Below, piece by piece: positions 37,801-52,800 of a stretch of 62,000 nt of DNA; the first letter of the stretch is position 1; every line of letters starts with the position of its first letter. The notes under the pieces were generated by a model. That model was given only the letters and a program-made list of their open reading frames with translations. It ran no database searches and was not told the DNA's origin. The DNA is from Chiloscyllium plagiosum. Lineage: Eukaryota. Location: positions 15,056,597 through 15,118,596 of the forward strand of contig NC_057751.1 of NCBI RefSeq assembly GCF_004010195.1, written 5' to 3'. The position numbers were made by a program, and so were the translations under genes.

Positions 37801-40800
37801 ATGAATGCAGGCTTGAATGCTCACTTTCCCCAGTTGTACTTGAGTCATAGAAACGTAGAGCATAAAAGGAGGACATTCGATCACTTGTGCATATGTTGAT
37901 GCTGTGTGACAAATTACTATTTGGTGATCTAAAACCACGTCTCATACTTGCTAAATGGATTTTTTTTAATCTCTTTCCTCTATCAATATTTTGAAGACCA
38001 AGTGAACTGTTTAATGTTTGCTGATCCAAGGAGAACAATCCAAACCTTCAATCTGCCCTCATAACTAAGATCCTTCATCTCTGATAGCATTCTGATAAAA
38101 TTCCATACCAGCCTTTCAAAAGGTTTTAATCTTTCCTGATGTATCGGTTCCAGATTTGTTCACATTTCTCCACTTAAAGCCCTAACCATTGGTTTAGAAT
38201 TTCTGGTATGATCTTTTGGGTTTTTTTCAATTCACTCGTGGGATACGGGCATCGCTAGCTGGGCCAGCATTTATTGCCCATCCCAAGTTGCCTTTTAGAA
38301 GGCAATGGCGAGCTGTCTTCTTGAACTGCTGCAATCCATGTGCTGTTGGTTGACCCACAATGCCCTTAGGGAGGCTAATCCAGAATTTTGACCCAGCGAC
38401 AATGAAGAAACAGCAACACATTTCCAAGTAAGGATGGTGAGTGACTTGGAAGGGAACTTGCAGGTAGTGGTGTTCCCATGTATCTGCTCTTGTCAGGGAG
38501 CCACTGCTCAGGAACAGGTTCCTCCTTGAGTGCATTTTGTGTTGGAGGGAGGAGAGAGCTCAGGATACGGGGCTGACCAGAGTCAGGGATGCACTGGATG
38601 GCCTGGATGATGCTGGCACAGAGAGCGATGGTCCACCTCCAATTCACATCGGGAGCCATCCATAGTTGGACAGACAAGGCACTCACGCCCCATAACCTCA
38701 TATGCACTCGAGGTGGCTCAGGAGTGCAGTGGACTTCCGGCCGAACTGACTAGTGCCTGTCCCAGAGCTTGACATTGGCCTCACACTGTGGACTCTCCTC
38801 TGTGACATGGTGCCCCACAATCTAAGCTATCTCAGGGATATCCTTCCGGTGCCCTTTCAGCTGGCGGAGAGGTGTTATCTGTATGGGCAGATGCTGCATG
38901 CCTTCATCTGCCACCCGGACACTGGAGCATAACATTTTCCTCTCCAGCAGTGCCGATCCTCAGTGGAGAGCCCTTGACAAAGGGGACCTGAGATGGAGAG
39001 TGCTTCATGTGGCGGTCCCATGCAGTCGATGACTGAGGAAATTTACCAGGTGCCAGACTGTGTGCACGTTCTGTGGCTTGAAAGAGATGGACTTCCACTT
39101 GAGTCGTGTGTCTGCAGCCCCTTTTCAGCTTTTTGAAGGGGCTGCTGTTAAAATTTTGGTTGCACTTCAGGCCCACACTCCTGATTTACAGGCACCCATG
39201 CAGGAAGGGATGGACAAGTCTATGAACGTTCTCAAGGCTTTGTTCTTGGGCCTGGCCATGATGGCCATTAACAAGTCCAGGCAACAGGCTGAGGAGGGGC
39301 TTGTTGTTCCTGACTGTCTGCCCTCCTTTGCCCCTCTTTGCTTCTGTCCGCCTCAAGTATCCCTGACGCTGAAGCACACTATGTTCACTCATATAGTCAA
39401 GGCTTGCCGTGACTGATGGGTGCTGGAGGCATCATGAACCTGAACAGTAACATTTTCATTTAGTAATAGGGGAGGCGATGGCCTAGTGGTATTATCACTG
39501 AACTGTTAACACAGTGTCTCAGATAATGTTCTGGGATCTGGGTTTGAATCCTGCCATGGCGATGGTGGAATTTAAATCCAATAAATGTCAGGAATTGAAG
39601 AGTCCAATGATGACCATGAATCCATTGTCGATTGACGTAAAAACCCATCTGGTTCACTCACTCATGTCCTTTATGGAAGGAAACTGCTGTCCTTAACCAG
39701 CCTGGCCGACATGTGATCCAGACCCATAGCAATTTGGTTAACTCTTAACTTCCCTCTGGGCAATTAGGGATGGGCAATTAAATGCTGCCTGGCCGGTCAT
39801 GTCTTCTTCCTGTAAATGAATGAAGGAAATCTTTTTTATCCCCACAGTATAAGTGTCTGTTTTACCTTTGGAGTTGCTTTTGTTTTTGGGTTGGGACCCA
39901 GCAAGAAGGATGTCTTATTTTCCCTTTGCTTCAGTGTTTGACCCATGGAAGAGCTTTATTTCATCAACAAATATTTATTTCACATTTTGATGCCTTGTTG
40001 TCCCTACCCCAAGAATGCACAGTGGCAGCAGAGTTGAGAAACGTCATTTTCTGTTTGGTTATTTGTTGTTTTCCATTTTCCAGAGTCACTGGACTTTCAT
40101 GTGTTTTCAAAGGTTGGATAAACATTTCCTTTTTTTTGTTTTAAAAGGGTAGCATGAGCTTTGCTGTGGGCTTAGCCCGGTGCTGTCTTCATGACTGTCT
40201 GATGGGGCGGTGTCTGGGTGGGAGCTTGACCTTTTGTTTAAGAGAGTGGAAGGTGCTCCATAAGGATCTTTGGTGAATTTCTGCAGTGCATCTTATAGAT
40301 GGCACACACTGTTCCTACTGAGCGTTGGTGATGGAGGGATTGGATATTGTGGTGCCAATCAAGCAGGCTCCTTTGTCTTGGATGGTGTCAAGCTTCTTGA
40401 GTGTTGTTGGAGCTGCAGCCATCGATGAAAGTGGAGAGTATTCCATCACATTCCTGACTCATGCCTTATAAATGGTAGACAGGCTTTGGGGAGTCCGGAA
40501 CTGAGTTATTTGCTGTCGTATTTCTGGCCTCTGACCTGCTCTTGTAGCCATCGTTTGTATGTACCGAGTCCGGTTCAGTTTCTGGTCAATGGTAAACCCA
40601 AGGATGTTGATAGTGGAGCCTTTACTAATGGTAACATTATTGAATATCAAGGGTGGTGGTTAGATTGTCTATTATTGGAGATGGTCATTTGTGTGGAGCG
40701 AATGTTACTTGCCAATTGTGAGCCTCTACCTGGATGTTGTCCAGATCTTGTTGAATTTGAATGTGGACTGCTGCTGTATCTGAGGAGTTGTGGATGGTGC

Positions 40801-43800
40801 TCAACATTATGCAATCATCAGTGAACATCTCCACTTCTGACCTTATGACAGAGCGAAGGTAATTGATGAAACAGCTGAAGATGATAGGGCTGAGAATACT
40901 CTTGCAGATATGTCTTGGGGCTGCACAGTGGCTGAGTGGTTAGCACAGCGCCAGGATCCCAGATTCGATTCCACCCTCGACTGATTGTCTGTGTGGAGTT
41001 TGCACATTCTCCCCATGTCTGCATAGGTTTCCCACAGTCCAAAGATATGTAGGTTGAGTGAATTTGTCATGGGAAATGCAGTGTTGCAGGGATAGGGTAC
41101 GAGGGTAGGTCTGGATGAGAAGGTCCTCAGAGGGTTGGTGTGGACTTGATGGGCAGAATGGCCTGCTTCCCCACTGTAGGGATTTTATAAAAAAAATGTC
41201 CTGGCCCGAAGCTGACTGACCTCCAACAACTGCAATCATCTTCCTATGTGCCAAGTATGACTCCAACCAGTGGAGAGTTTTACCTTCCAATACCCATTGA
41301 TTCTAGTTTTCTAGAGATCTTTGCAATCAACCAAGTGTGACATCAGCCTTGATGTCAAGGGCTGTTGCTCTCACCTCACCTCTGGAATTCACCTCTGGGC
41401 GGCACGGTGGCACAGTGGTTAGCACTGCTGCCTCACAGCGTCAGAGACCCGGGTTCAATTCCCGACTCAGGCGACTGACTGTGTGGAGTTTGCACATTCT
41501 CCCCGTGTCTGCGTGGGTTTCCTCCGGGTGCTCCGGTTTCCTCCCACAGTCCAAAGATGTGCAGGTCAGGTGAATTGGCCATGCTAAATTGCCCGTAGTG
41601 TTACGTTAAAAGGGGTAAATGTAGGGGTATGGGTGGGTTGCGCTTCGGCGGGTCGGTGTGGACTTGTTGGGCCGAAGGGCCTGTTTCCACACTGTAAGTA
41701 ATCTAATCTAATCTAATTCAGCTGTTTTGTCCATGTTTGAACCAAGGCTGTAATGAGGTCAGGAACTGAGTGGTCCTGGAAAAACCCAAACTGGGCGTCA
41801 CTGAGCAGGTTATTGCTGAGCAGGTGTTGCTTGATAGCACTCTTGATGACACCTTCCATTACTTTATTGATGACAGAGAGTGGACATAAGGGGCAATAAC
41901 TGGCTGGGATGGATTTGTCCAGCTTTTTGTAAACTTGACATAACTTGATTGTTTTCCACATTGTAACGTAAATAACTGTTTTAACTGAACTGGAAGAACA
42001 TGCTGGAGGAGTGACAAGTGCTGGAGAACAAATCTTCATTACTATTGCCAGAATATTCTCAAGGCCCATAGCTTTTGCATTTTCCAGTGCCTCCACATGG
42101 AGTGAATCAAATTAGTTGAAAACTGGTACCAGTCATGCTGGGGACTAATGACGGCTCTGAGATGGTGATCCACTCAGCATTTCTGGCTGAAGATTGCTGC
42201 GAATGCTTCAGCCTTATCTTTTGCTCTGATGAGTTGGGCTCTTCCATCATTGAGAAGGAGCATATTTGTGGAGCCACCTCCTCCATTGAGTTTTTAATTG
42301 TCCATCACCATTCATGACTGAGTTTGGCAGGACTGCAGAGCTTAGATTTGATTCATTCATTGTGGGATTGCTTCGCTCTGCCTATCACTTGCTGCTTTTA
42401 TTGTTTGTGTGCACCTAGTTTGGTAGCTTCACCAGGTTGATACCTTATTTTTAGGTATGCCTGACACTCCTGCTGGCATGCCCTCTTGCACTCTCCATTG
42501 AAGCAGGGTTGATCCCCTGCCTTGATGATCATGGTTGTGTGGGGAATCTGCCAGGCCATGAGTTTGCAGATTCAGCTGGAGTACCATTCTGCTGCTGTTA
42601 ATAGCCCAAAGTGCATCAAGGATGTTCAGTCTTGAGTTGCTTAATCTGTTTGAAATCTGTTCCATTTAGCATGGTGATAGTGCCACACAACATGCGGTTG
42701 GATACCCTTAATGTGAAGATGTGTCTTCGTCTCCACAAGAACCATGTGGTGGTCTCTCTTAGCTATACTGTGATGGACGGATGCATCTGCAGCAGGCAGA
42801 TTAGTGAGGATGAGGCCAAGTATGTTTTCCATCACGTTGGTTCCTTCACCACCTTCACACACATTTTAGCAGTTACGTCCTTTAGAAACCAACCAGCGCG
42901 ATTAGTAGTGTTGATGCTGAGCCTCTGTTTGTGGTGGGCATTGAATTCCCCACCCAGAGTACTCTTGCCAAGTGTTGTTCAACATGCAGGAGTACTGATT
43001 CTTCAGCCGAGGGAGGATAGTACCTGGTAATCAGGAAGGAAGTTTCCTTAACCATGTTTAACTTGAAGTCATGAGACTTCACAAGCTCCGGAGTCAATGT
43101 TGAAGACTCCTAGGACATCTCCTTCCCAACTATATACTAATGTGCTGCTATCTTGCCGGTGGGAGAGGACATACCCAGGGATGGTGATGAGGATGTCAGG
43201 GATATGGTCTGTCAGGCATGATTCTGTGAGTCTGACTATGTCAGGCTATTGCTTGACTGGTTTATGAGACAGCGCTCCCAATTTTGTCATCACTGATGTT
43301 AGTCAACAGGACATTTCAGAGTCAACAGGGCTATTTCCGCTGTAGTCTTTTCTGATGCCTAGGTCGATGTCAGGTGGTCTGTCTGATTTCATTTCATTGT
43401 GAGATTTGTACTCTACATACCTATTTACACATCTAAGTAATCTGTCTGCTTTTTAACTACTTTATAAAATATTCAGTAAATCTGAACATATATCTCTTAA
43501 ATTTAGTTATAAGCCAATTGATGCCTGATGGCAACAGTCATGGATGCCCTTATTCTAAAATTCAAATTGAACATGATATACTGGAGATATATGTGGGACC
43601 CAAGCAGCATGTTTAAGAACCACATTGCCAACTCAGTGGCAATCTGCACAATCTGAAATTGCATTGGTATATGCATGTGCTAGATGGCAGACATGGGAGA
43701 GAACAGGGTGGATTATTATTGGGCTACATGTGCTTTGTAAGTTTTTTTCCCTCAACTGACACAAGGAGAGATTGGGAGGAGCTCTGAGAAAGCGGGAAGC

Positions 43801-46800
43801 TTTAAAAGATCAAAAAAGCGAGAAAAGTTCAAGGAAGGGGTTTGTTGAAAGCAGTTCTTTTTATTTGACATTTTGTATATTATTTTTCATTGAGAAGGGC
43901 AGATTAAGATCACTAGAAACCTTCTTAAATGTTTAATCTGAGTGTGTTTACCTGTGTGGTTTACCATTTGTTTAAATTAAAAGATTGTTTTTGTAGAGAA
44001 TATTGGTGCATTAATTAAAGGGGGATTGGTTTCAATAAGCAATAAAGCCTCTGACTGCTTCTGACCATCAATCCAAACTATGCTGGATAGAATTTCATGA
44101 GATCGTTGAAGCTTTGAAGTTCAAGGTAATTTATCTTTTCATGTGAAGTGCCAGGATCCATGGTGCAGGAAACCAGGAAAATCAGAGAGTAGACCTGAAA
44201 ACTACATAAAACAAAAGATGGTGAGTTAGATGACTCCCAGTTTGGGCTTTAAAAGCCTGAAGATTATTGAAAGTCGAGAGGTGTAAAATTTTGTAGTTTT
44301 ATGGCCCAGAAGGGAATTGATAATAAAAATTGGCAGATACGTTTACAGCAATAAACATTTTTGAGGAAAATTTGTGTTTTGGAATTCAGTTTTGAACAGA
44401 AACAGCATCCTCGCTGAGAGGCCAAAATTTCCTTAGAGTGCAAATTCCATTGTTTGATCTTAGAAATATTCCCTGTTGAGTGTCATTGTTAGGCATTCTC
44501 AATTCTGATGTGTGCAGACATGCACAGTGTGTCTTAACCTTTTTAGCCTATCTGAATCTGTCATTTAAACAACCTACAGTGCAACTTTAAAGGATACAAA
44601 TGTAATTATGTTGGCTAGGGCAGAATATAATCATTAAATTTCTTTCCTGTGATCTTTGATCACGAGTTGCACCTCAGCAACATGTCGTGGCTTCCCTTCC
44701 CAAATTGAAGGATAACAGAGCAGGTGCTTGGGAACACACATCATTCTGATTTGTAGCTATTTTGTCATTCCTTCACTGTCGGTTGGTCACAATCTTCAGA
44801 CCTCCTCGCATAAGAGCACTGTGCATGTACCTTCGCCACCACATTTCAAAACTAATTAAGGATGGCCAACAAATGATGGCTTTGCCGGTGATATCAATAG
44901 CCATAAGTGAATAATACAAGAAAGGTTTACAATTTCTGAATGTCTACTTCACCAGTGGGAGGATATCTGTGTGAATATGGAAACCAAAGTTGAGTGTTTT
45001 TAGATATTGCACAAAACGCAAATCTGAATGCCGCTGGTCAGCCTCAAGGTCTGAAGAGAGTTGACTTTGGATCACCTAGAGTGCTGTCTTCATGTCAATC
45101 TTCTTGACAAATTGGCCAATAACCTGTATTAGTTGCAATTGTAAGAGACTGATGGTCTCAGGTATGGCTGTTTTTGTGCTGAGTGGGCATTCTGATTTCT
45201 TTGTTCCTGATATAGTTCCTCCAAAAGAGATTTGATATTGGCCGGAGGCTCCCTTAGTCAAAGACTGGTCTTGATTGGTCATGAGCTGATGAGGCAGTCC
45301 AGAGAAGGTTCATTGGGCTGATTCTGAGTATGGAGGGACTGTCTTGCATGGAGAGGTTGAGTAGGTTGGCCTGTACTCATTGTAATTAAAAGAATGAGAG
45401 GTGACCTTCTTCTAATACATAGAATTGCTAGAGATTTGCCAGAGTAGGTTCTGAGAGGTTATTTTCCTTTTGGGGGTCGAGTACCAGACAGCATAATCAC
45501 AGAGAGATGGGTCACCCATTTTAGACAAAGATGAGAGTCATTTTGTTCGCTGAGAGTGATGTGTCCATGGAATTCTGTAACAGAGGACTGTAGAGGTTGG
45601 GTCACTAACCATATTCAAGACTGAGTTAGATTTCCAAATAGTATGGAAATCAAGGATTATGGGTAAAAGGCTGCAAAGTGGATTTGAAGTTTGTCAGCCA
45701 TGATCTCATTGAATGACAGAGCTGATCCTGAAATTGGTTGCTGTTTGGTTTCGTGACTTCCATGTGCTCATGTCAAGGGATAACTCTATCTTAATTGCAG
45801 CATCTTTCCTTGATACCAGTAAATTGTCATTTGAACTCCCACTGTAATTAGGTGGGCTGAGGCCCCACACCATGACTGCAGAAGTAAATGGTTGAGAAAT
45901 TCAAATGTCTTTTTAAAATTACATCAAGCACACAGCCTCTGGATAAATCAAGAAGAATTAAATTGCCTTGCTCATTTTTAATGAACTCATGACAAAATGC
46001 TGTGCTCATTTCTTTGCTGCTACTGGCTTCTGAACAGTACTATGCCCATTCATGTGTCTGCATTATACTGATAAAACAGCAGAGGGCTCTCTCTCCTCTT
46101 GTTCAGAAACTGTTCCGACATTCTGGTTAATCTAGAGATGTGAGGGGGTAAATCCTCTAGTTTTTATATACAAACCTCAATTGTATTTTTATTTTCTTAA
46201 ATTCCTGGAAAGAGATTTTGCAGCAGGGATTTACATCTTTGTTGTGCAGCCATATGGCAATACAAAACAAAAAATAAAACTTGAAAGCTTATTCCTCTAG
46301 GGTTCGTCTTGTGTATTGGAAAAGGAGAGTAGATTCCTTTGTTATCTATGTATGGAGAGTGAATTACAATATTAGATTAGATTAGATTACTTACAGTGTG
46401 GAAACAGGCCCTTCGGCCCAACAAGTCCACACTGACCCGCCGATGCGCAACCCACCCATACATTTACCCCTTCACCTAACACTACGGGCAATTTAGCATG
46501 GCCAAATCACCTGACCTGCACACCTTTGGACGGTGGGAGGAAACCGGAGCACCCGGAGGAAACCCACACTAACACGGGGAGAATCGTCAAAACTCCACAC
46601 AGTCAGTCGCCTGAGGCGGGAATTGAACCCGGGTCTCTGGCGCTGTGAGGCAGCAGTGCTAACCACTATGCCACCGTGCCGCCCAAAAGGACCAATCCAA
46701 ATAAGGCAAAATTTGGACTTGCTAATATTTAATTAAACATTTTTTGATCAAGTAGGCTGCAAAACAATTCCATCTTAACAAAAGTAATGTGAATCCAGAT

Positions 46801-49800
46801 ACATTTTTAAAATGTTCTTGTTACCCACAGAACATCACTAACTTACAAAAGGAAAATATGCCCTTACATTTGGCAGAGTGATACTATTCTCTTTACGTTA
46901 AAGGTTGTCATGGGCTTAAGACTAAATGTGAGGAGATTCATCTTGTAAATAGCTTATAAAACTGGCAACCAATCCTTGGAATTGTTTTGAAGATGTGCTG
47001 TCCTTTTAAACTGAAATGTTTTGATATTTTTGGAAATTACTAGACACACAGTATTGTATCATCAGAAACGTCTTTTGCTGAGTTTATTGGAGACATGGTA
47101 AAGAACAAGAATACCATGCAAACACCTGCCAGAGTTACGACATTACAATTAAACCTTTCCTTACCACTCCTGGGTAGTTTGTAGATTATTATTGTTTTCA
47201 TCATATGCTGAAAAGGCTGGAAGAATTGAAATCCCTTTGCACAAACTTCTCAGATTCATTTCCTCCTCAGTCCAGGAATTTCTCCTCATCTCTGACTTAA
47301 ATTAGATCCTTTTTTGAGCTTCTGCTCTCTGGTCCAGACAAGGGGAAACGACCTTTCCTCGTTTACCTAGTCAAGTTCCATGACAATCTTGCATATTTCA
47401 AAAAGGTTGCCTCTCATTCTCCTGAATTCCAGTGAATACAGGTCCAACCTTCTCAAACTGTCCTTACACTGAACCTTCTTTCTGACTGTCTTTCCTTAGT
47501 GAAAGGGTCCAAAACTCTTCATAGTATTCCAACTGACTCATGGTCTGACTCATGTTTTGGATAGTTTTAGCAAAACTCCCCGACTTTTTTACTCCATTCT
47601 CAAAATTGTCTGTTCTACAGCATTCTGCAGTCTTTTTCTGTTGAACTGATATTCAGCTAATCTGTTCTTCCTGCTAAAATGCATAACCTCACATCTTTAC
47701 ACATTCTATTTTCATCTGCCAAGTTTTTGTCCACTCAATAACCTGTCTATGTCCATTTGCAAACACTTTGTGCAATCCTCACCAGTTGCCTTGACACCTA
47801 TTTTTGTGTCATTCACAAGCTTAGCTTTCGGGCATTCACTTTCCTCATTCAAGTCATTAATATATATTGTGAATAATAATGGCCACAATACTCCACTAGT
47901 TTCAGGTTGCCACTTTTAAAATGCTGTCCTTATGCCAACTCCGTTATCTAGTAGTTCACCAATCCTCTGTCCATGCTCATATTTTATGCCTAACACCATC
48001 AGCCTCAGTACCCTAATGTGCAATACCTTATCAAATGCCTTCTGAAATTACAAATGTACTCTTTGTTTCCTGCTTGTTACCTGCCCAAAGAATTCTGGTA
48101 AATTTGTCAGGTGTAGTTTCCCCTTCAGAAAGCCATGTTATTTCTGCTTGATCACATCTTTACTGTTACATTCTTTCTAAAAGACTCTATCATTTTCCCA
48201 ATGACAGATGTTAAGTTTAATTGGTCTATAGTTACTTGTTTTTTTATATCTCCATGTTTAAATGCATGTGTTATGTTGGCAGTTTTCCAATTCTGTGTGA
48301 TTTTTTCAGAATTTAAGGATTCTTGGAAGATTACTACCAGTGCATGCACTACCTCGGGAGCTACCTACTTCAATATCTTGAGGGTGCTTCCCATCAGGCT
48401 CAGGGATATATCAATCTTTAGCCCCATTTGTTTCCCTCATGTTTTCTCTCTGTGATAATTATTTCCCCTTCCCCTTGATTATTTAGGAATTTTGGAATGC
48501 TACCAATATCTTCTGCTGTGAAGACTGATGCAAAGTATTTGATCTCTCTCATTAGTATTTTTCAGTTGTATTTTATTGGTTTTTAAAACTTTCCTAATTC
48601 TCTGGTTTACCACTACATTTTGTCCAATTATCTTCTTTTTTTCCTTTCAATTTGATGCTATCCTTAACTACCCTAATTAACCATGGTTGGCTTATCCCCT
48701 ACCTAGATTCAGTGTTGTCAACAGGAAAGCAAAATTGAGAGATTGGCAGGAAGTGAAAATTGAAAACAAGAGGATGGCACTGTATGGGCTGTAACAAAAA
48801 GGAACTGCTATGAATACTCAGCATGCCAGACAGCATCTGTGGAGAGAGAGAGAGAGAAACAGAGTTCATGTTCTAGCTCAGTGAATTTCCTTCACAACTG
48901 GAAAAAGTCAGTGAGCTGTATCAGCTATCAAGCAAATGCAGGGAGGGGGTGGATGCAATGGTAGCTGATGGGTGATGTGCAGATGAAAAGAGAAGACCTG
49001 TGACAGGGTGAACAGCAAGCGTGATCCAGTGTCAGAAGAGATAATAGTAAAAGTCAAAATGGGGATTAAAATAAGATAAGGAAAGAAATTCAAGATGGAG
49101 TTGAAGAAGAATAAAGAAGATTTTGAAGAATTGTAACCAACAGTCATTGATTATAAAATAGGAACTGTGTTTATCATTAGACATTGGTGAACACTTCACT
49201 GAGTCCAGAAGGCTGTGAAATGCCTAATTGAAACATGAGATGGTGTTGCTTGAACTTGATTGAGCTTTACTGGTATAGTGTATGTGGGCATTTGCAGACA
49301 ATTCACAGTGAGTTTAGGGTGGAGAATTATGTGGCAAGTGACTGGATGCTTAAGCCTTTCTTATGAACTGAATGGAGATGTTCAACAATCAGGTTTGTGT
49401 GAACTGGAGAACCCATATCATGAGCCGTGGCTACATCATACTGATTTGAAAGGAGTGGTTGGTGGGAGCAGATGAAATTGCAGATTTTACACCTCCAGAC
49501 TTTGATTGTTGTGTTGTTGCAGGGTATCACGGAGTGAATGGTCATTTTGGAAGGGAGGGAAGAAGTGATTGAAGGTGCCAAAAATGGTGGAGGTATTTTG
49601 TTACAGGTGGAGTCTAGTTGGGTTGAACTGTTAATGTGAGGAGAACCTTTTTCCAATAGGATGGATGTGGTTGAAACCCTGTCATCTAAGTTAAGGAAAA
49701 CAGCAGACTAATATTGATTAGGAGAAAAACTGACAGAATTGAACAAAGGAGGTGGGCTGGCAGGAATTTAATTAAGGGAGAAGTCCCATGTACTATCCTC

Positions 49801-52800
49801 AGAGGGACTGAATGTCATTGTGAAAAAGAGATGGTTTGAGTCAAAAAACTGGGAAAGGAGGTGGACACTGTTGGAAGAGTTGTGAATATATAGAAGAGAT
49901 TGGAGATGGGGAGAAACAGTTGTCTGGGACAATAACAGACTGAAAAGTTGTATCTATGCATGCATTCCTGTTTGTGCATCTGGGGAAGGAGGCAGAATTG
50001 AGATGTTCAAAATTGCCGACTAAGAAATTGCACAACTTGCGGGGGCTAAGATCTACAGAGAAGATGCGATCAGTGATGTTCGGGGAAATTATAACAAGAT
50101 ATTCACTGGTGTGATCATATCCTAGGGAAAATAAGAGGTGTAACTCAATTCGATGTAGCCACTGCTCGTGATACGGGCTCTCCAGTTCACACAATCCCAT
50201 TCAGTCCATAATAAAGGCTAACCTTCACAAGCTGAAGACATTTGTTCGCTATGGAACAACAGCACCACTCTGTCAGCAGATATAGTGACAGTTGTCCAGG
50301 TTGAACTTCAGAGAATGGAGTGGTACAAGGTTAGTGGGAGCTCAATTAGTTTGTGTTGGCATGTAGAGAAGTTGAGATCAATGGTCAATGGTCAATGTTC
50401 ATGCTGCAGTTTCAAATGACAAGTTCTGGAGAGTCAACAAGCCAAGCGATTGGTCCACTTGGGAAAATAATTCTGTAGATTGGATAAATGGTCTGTTGTG
50501 CAGGGAGAAAACTCCTGACCAAAGAAGTGAGCTATAGTCAGTCTGCCTTGAGAAATGTTTAGTTAATATGAATGAGTGACAACTAATCACTCTATGTACA
50601 TCATTGCATGTTAACCAGGAATGTGTTCTTTGCTGGAAACTGCGCTAACACAGCTGCGAGCCAGCAAAAAAAAAGACACTTGTCGTATCCCATAAAGTTC
50701 ACATTGACTAATGGTTATGTTGGAATGATTTCAAGGCTGTAATTTTATCTTCTGACATGGGGTGGTTACAAACTGTTCAGATTTTTCTTTGAAGTTTATG
50801 ATACGTGAATCCTTGAAGATCATCTTTATTTGCTTCTGGGTATTCACTGTACTCAATAGAATTTATAATTCTTTATGCCTTCTTTCTCAAAATGAATTTT
50901 GTCTGAAGTATCAACCTGTTATATGTATTGAGGATCTTTTTTCTGGACAAAGTATTTTGGGTGCCTCACAGTTGTATAATTATTGTATTTGAATATGCAG
51001 AGAGGCATTGGCATTTGTGATCGTGAGATATGAGCAAAACAAGAGTCAGAGGTAGTGTGATGAACTCTGATTCGAATGAAGTAAATATCAAGATGTTAAA
51101 AATAGAAAACCAAAAGAATAGAAACAAAGAAATGAAACTGGATGGACCACCAGGCATTGACCTAGGAATTAGAAAAGACAATGGCAGAAACAATCCTATC
51201 AACCCTGCAAAATCTTCTTCACTAACAACTTGGTGGTGGGGGGGGGGATATTCAAAATTGGAAGAGCTGTTCACACTAGTCAAACAAGAGCTCAACTTAC
51301 TCATGGAATCATGCGTGACACACACTGTCTCAGGCACCACCGTCATCAGCCTTGGATACATCCCATTCCCACCAGCAGGACAGACCCAGCAATCCCATGG
51401 CTTCAGATTCAACACAGGTAAGGAAACATCCTGCTGGTTGCCATGTACTGTTCTCCGCTGATGAAACAATACTTCAAATTGTTGAACAAATGGAGGAAGA
51501 GCTCAGGGTGGTAAGGGTATAAAATGTATTCTGGATGGGGATTTCCATGTCCTTCAAGAGTGGCTCAGTAATAGTTCTACTAATAGAGCTGGTTGAGTTC
51601 TATAGGACACGGCTGCTAGACTGGGTCTGTGGCAGGTGGTGAGGGAACTAACTTGACCTCATCCTTACCAATCTCCCAAATGCAGACACATCTGTCTGTG
51701 ATAGTATTGGTGAGAGTGACTACCACCCAGTCCTTGTGCAAATGAAGTCCTGCCTTGTTGAGAATACTGTCCCTCATGTTGTGTGACACTATCACCATGC
51801 TAAATGGAACAGACTTCGTGTACATCTAGCAGCTGAAGAGTGGACATTTCTGAGGTGCTGTCAGCCATCAATATCAGCAGGATGGTACTTCAGCACAACC
51901 TATGATTTCATACCCCACTTGAACATTACTGTCAAGTCAGGGATCATCCTTGCTTCAATGGAGAATGCAGGAGGGCATGCCAGAAGCAGCACCAGGCATA
52001 TCTAAAAATAAGATGAAGCTACCAAACACTACACTACTTACTTGCCAAACAGCATAAGCAGCAAGTGACAAAGCAAGGCAACTCCACAACCTGTAGATCA
52101 GATCTAAGCTCTGCAGTCCTGTCACATCTAATCATTCAAGGTGATGGACAATTAAACAACTCACTGAAAGAGCAGGGTCCACAAATATCCCATCCACAAT
52201 TATGGAAGCACCCAAACACTGCAAAACATATGCTTGAAGCATTTTGCAATCATCTTCAGCCAGAAGTGCCGAGTTGATCCATCTTTGCCTCCTCCAGTGG
52301 TCCCAGCATCACTGATGCTAGTCTATAGCTAATTTGAATCACTCCACATGACATCAAGAAATGGTTGGAGGCATTGGATAGTGCAAAGGCTATGGGCTGT
52401 GGCAATAATACTGAAGACTTGTGCTCCAGAACTTGTTGCTCCCCTCGCAAGGTTCTTCCAATACAGTTACAACACTGGCATTTGTGAAAATATGTCCAGG
52501 TGTGTCCTGCCTACAAAAACCAAGGCAAATCCAAACTGGCCAATTTCTATCCAATAGTCTGCTCTTGATCATCAGTAAAGTTTTGGAGGGTGTTATCAAC
52601 AGTGCTATCAAGCAGCATCTACTCAGCAATAACCTGCTGAGTTATGCCTAGTTTGGGTTCTGCTAGGGCCACACAGCTCCTGACCTCATTACAGTCTTGG
52701 TTCAAACATGGATCATACAGACGAATTCCAGAGGGGAGGAGCGAGTGAGCGCCCTTGGCATGAAGTCCGCATTTGACTGACAGTAGCATCAAGCAGCCCG

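Larger units (their letters stand above)
38225..43400 (-). mobile_element. long CR1/L2-type LINE (APE+RT, degenerate) hosting Tx1 and SINE insertions
   Basis: [62 protein letters not shown]; breaks at 38493 and resumes at about 40245. Confidence 0.85.

Noticed and set aside
43500..44650. Unassigned block that might be an LTR
   Set aside because: Could not define termini, a TSD or a second copy.
50966..51469. Overlapping 167-aa and 143-aa ORFs
   Set aside because: They lie on the degenerate 5'/endonuclease part of the LINE at 51105.
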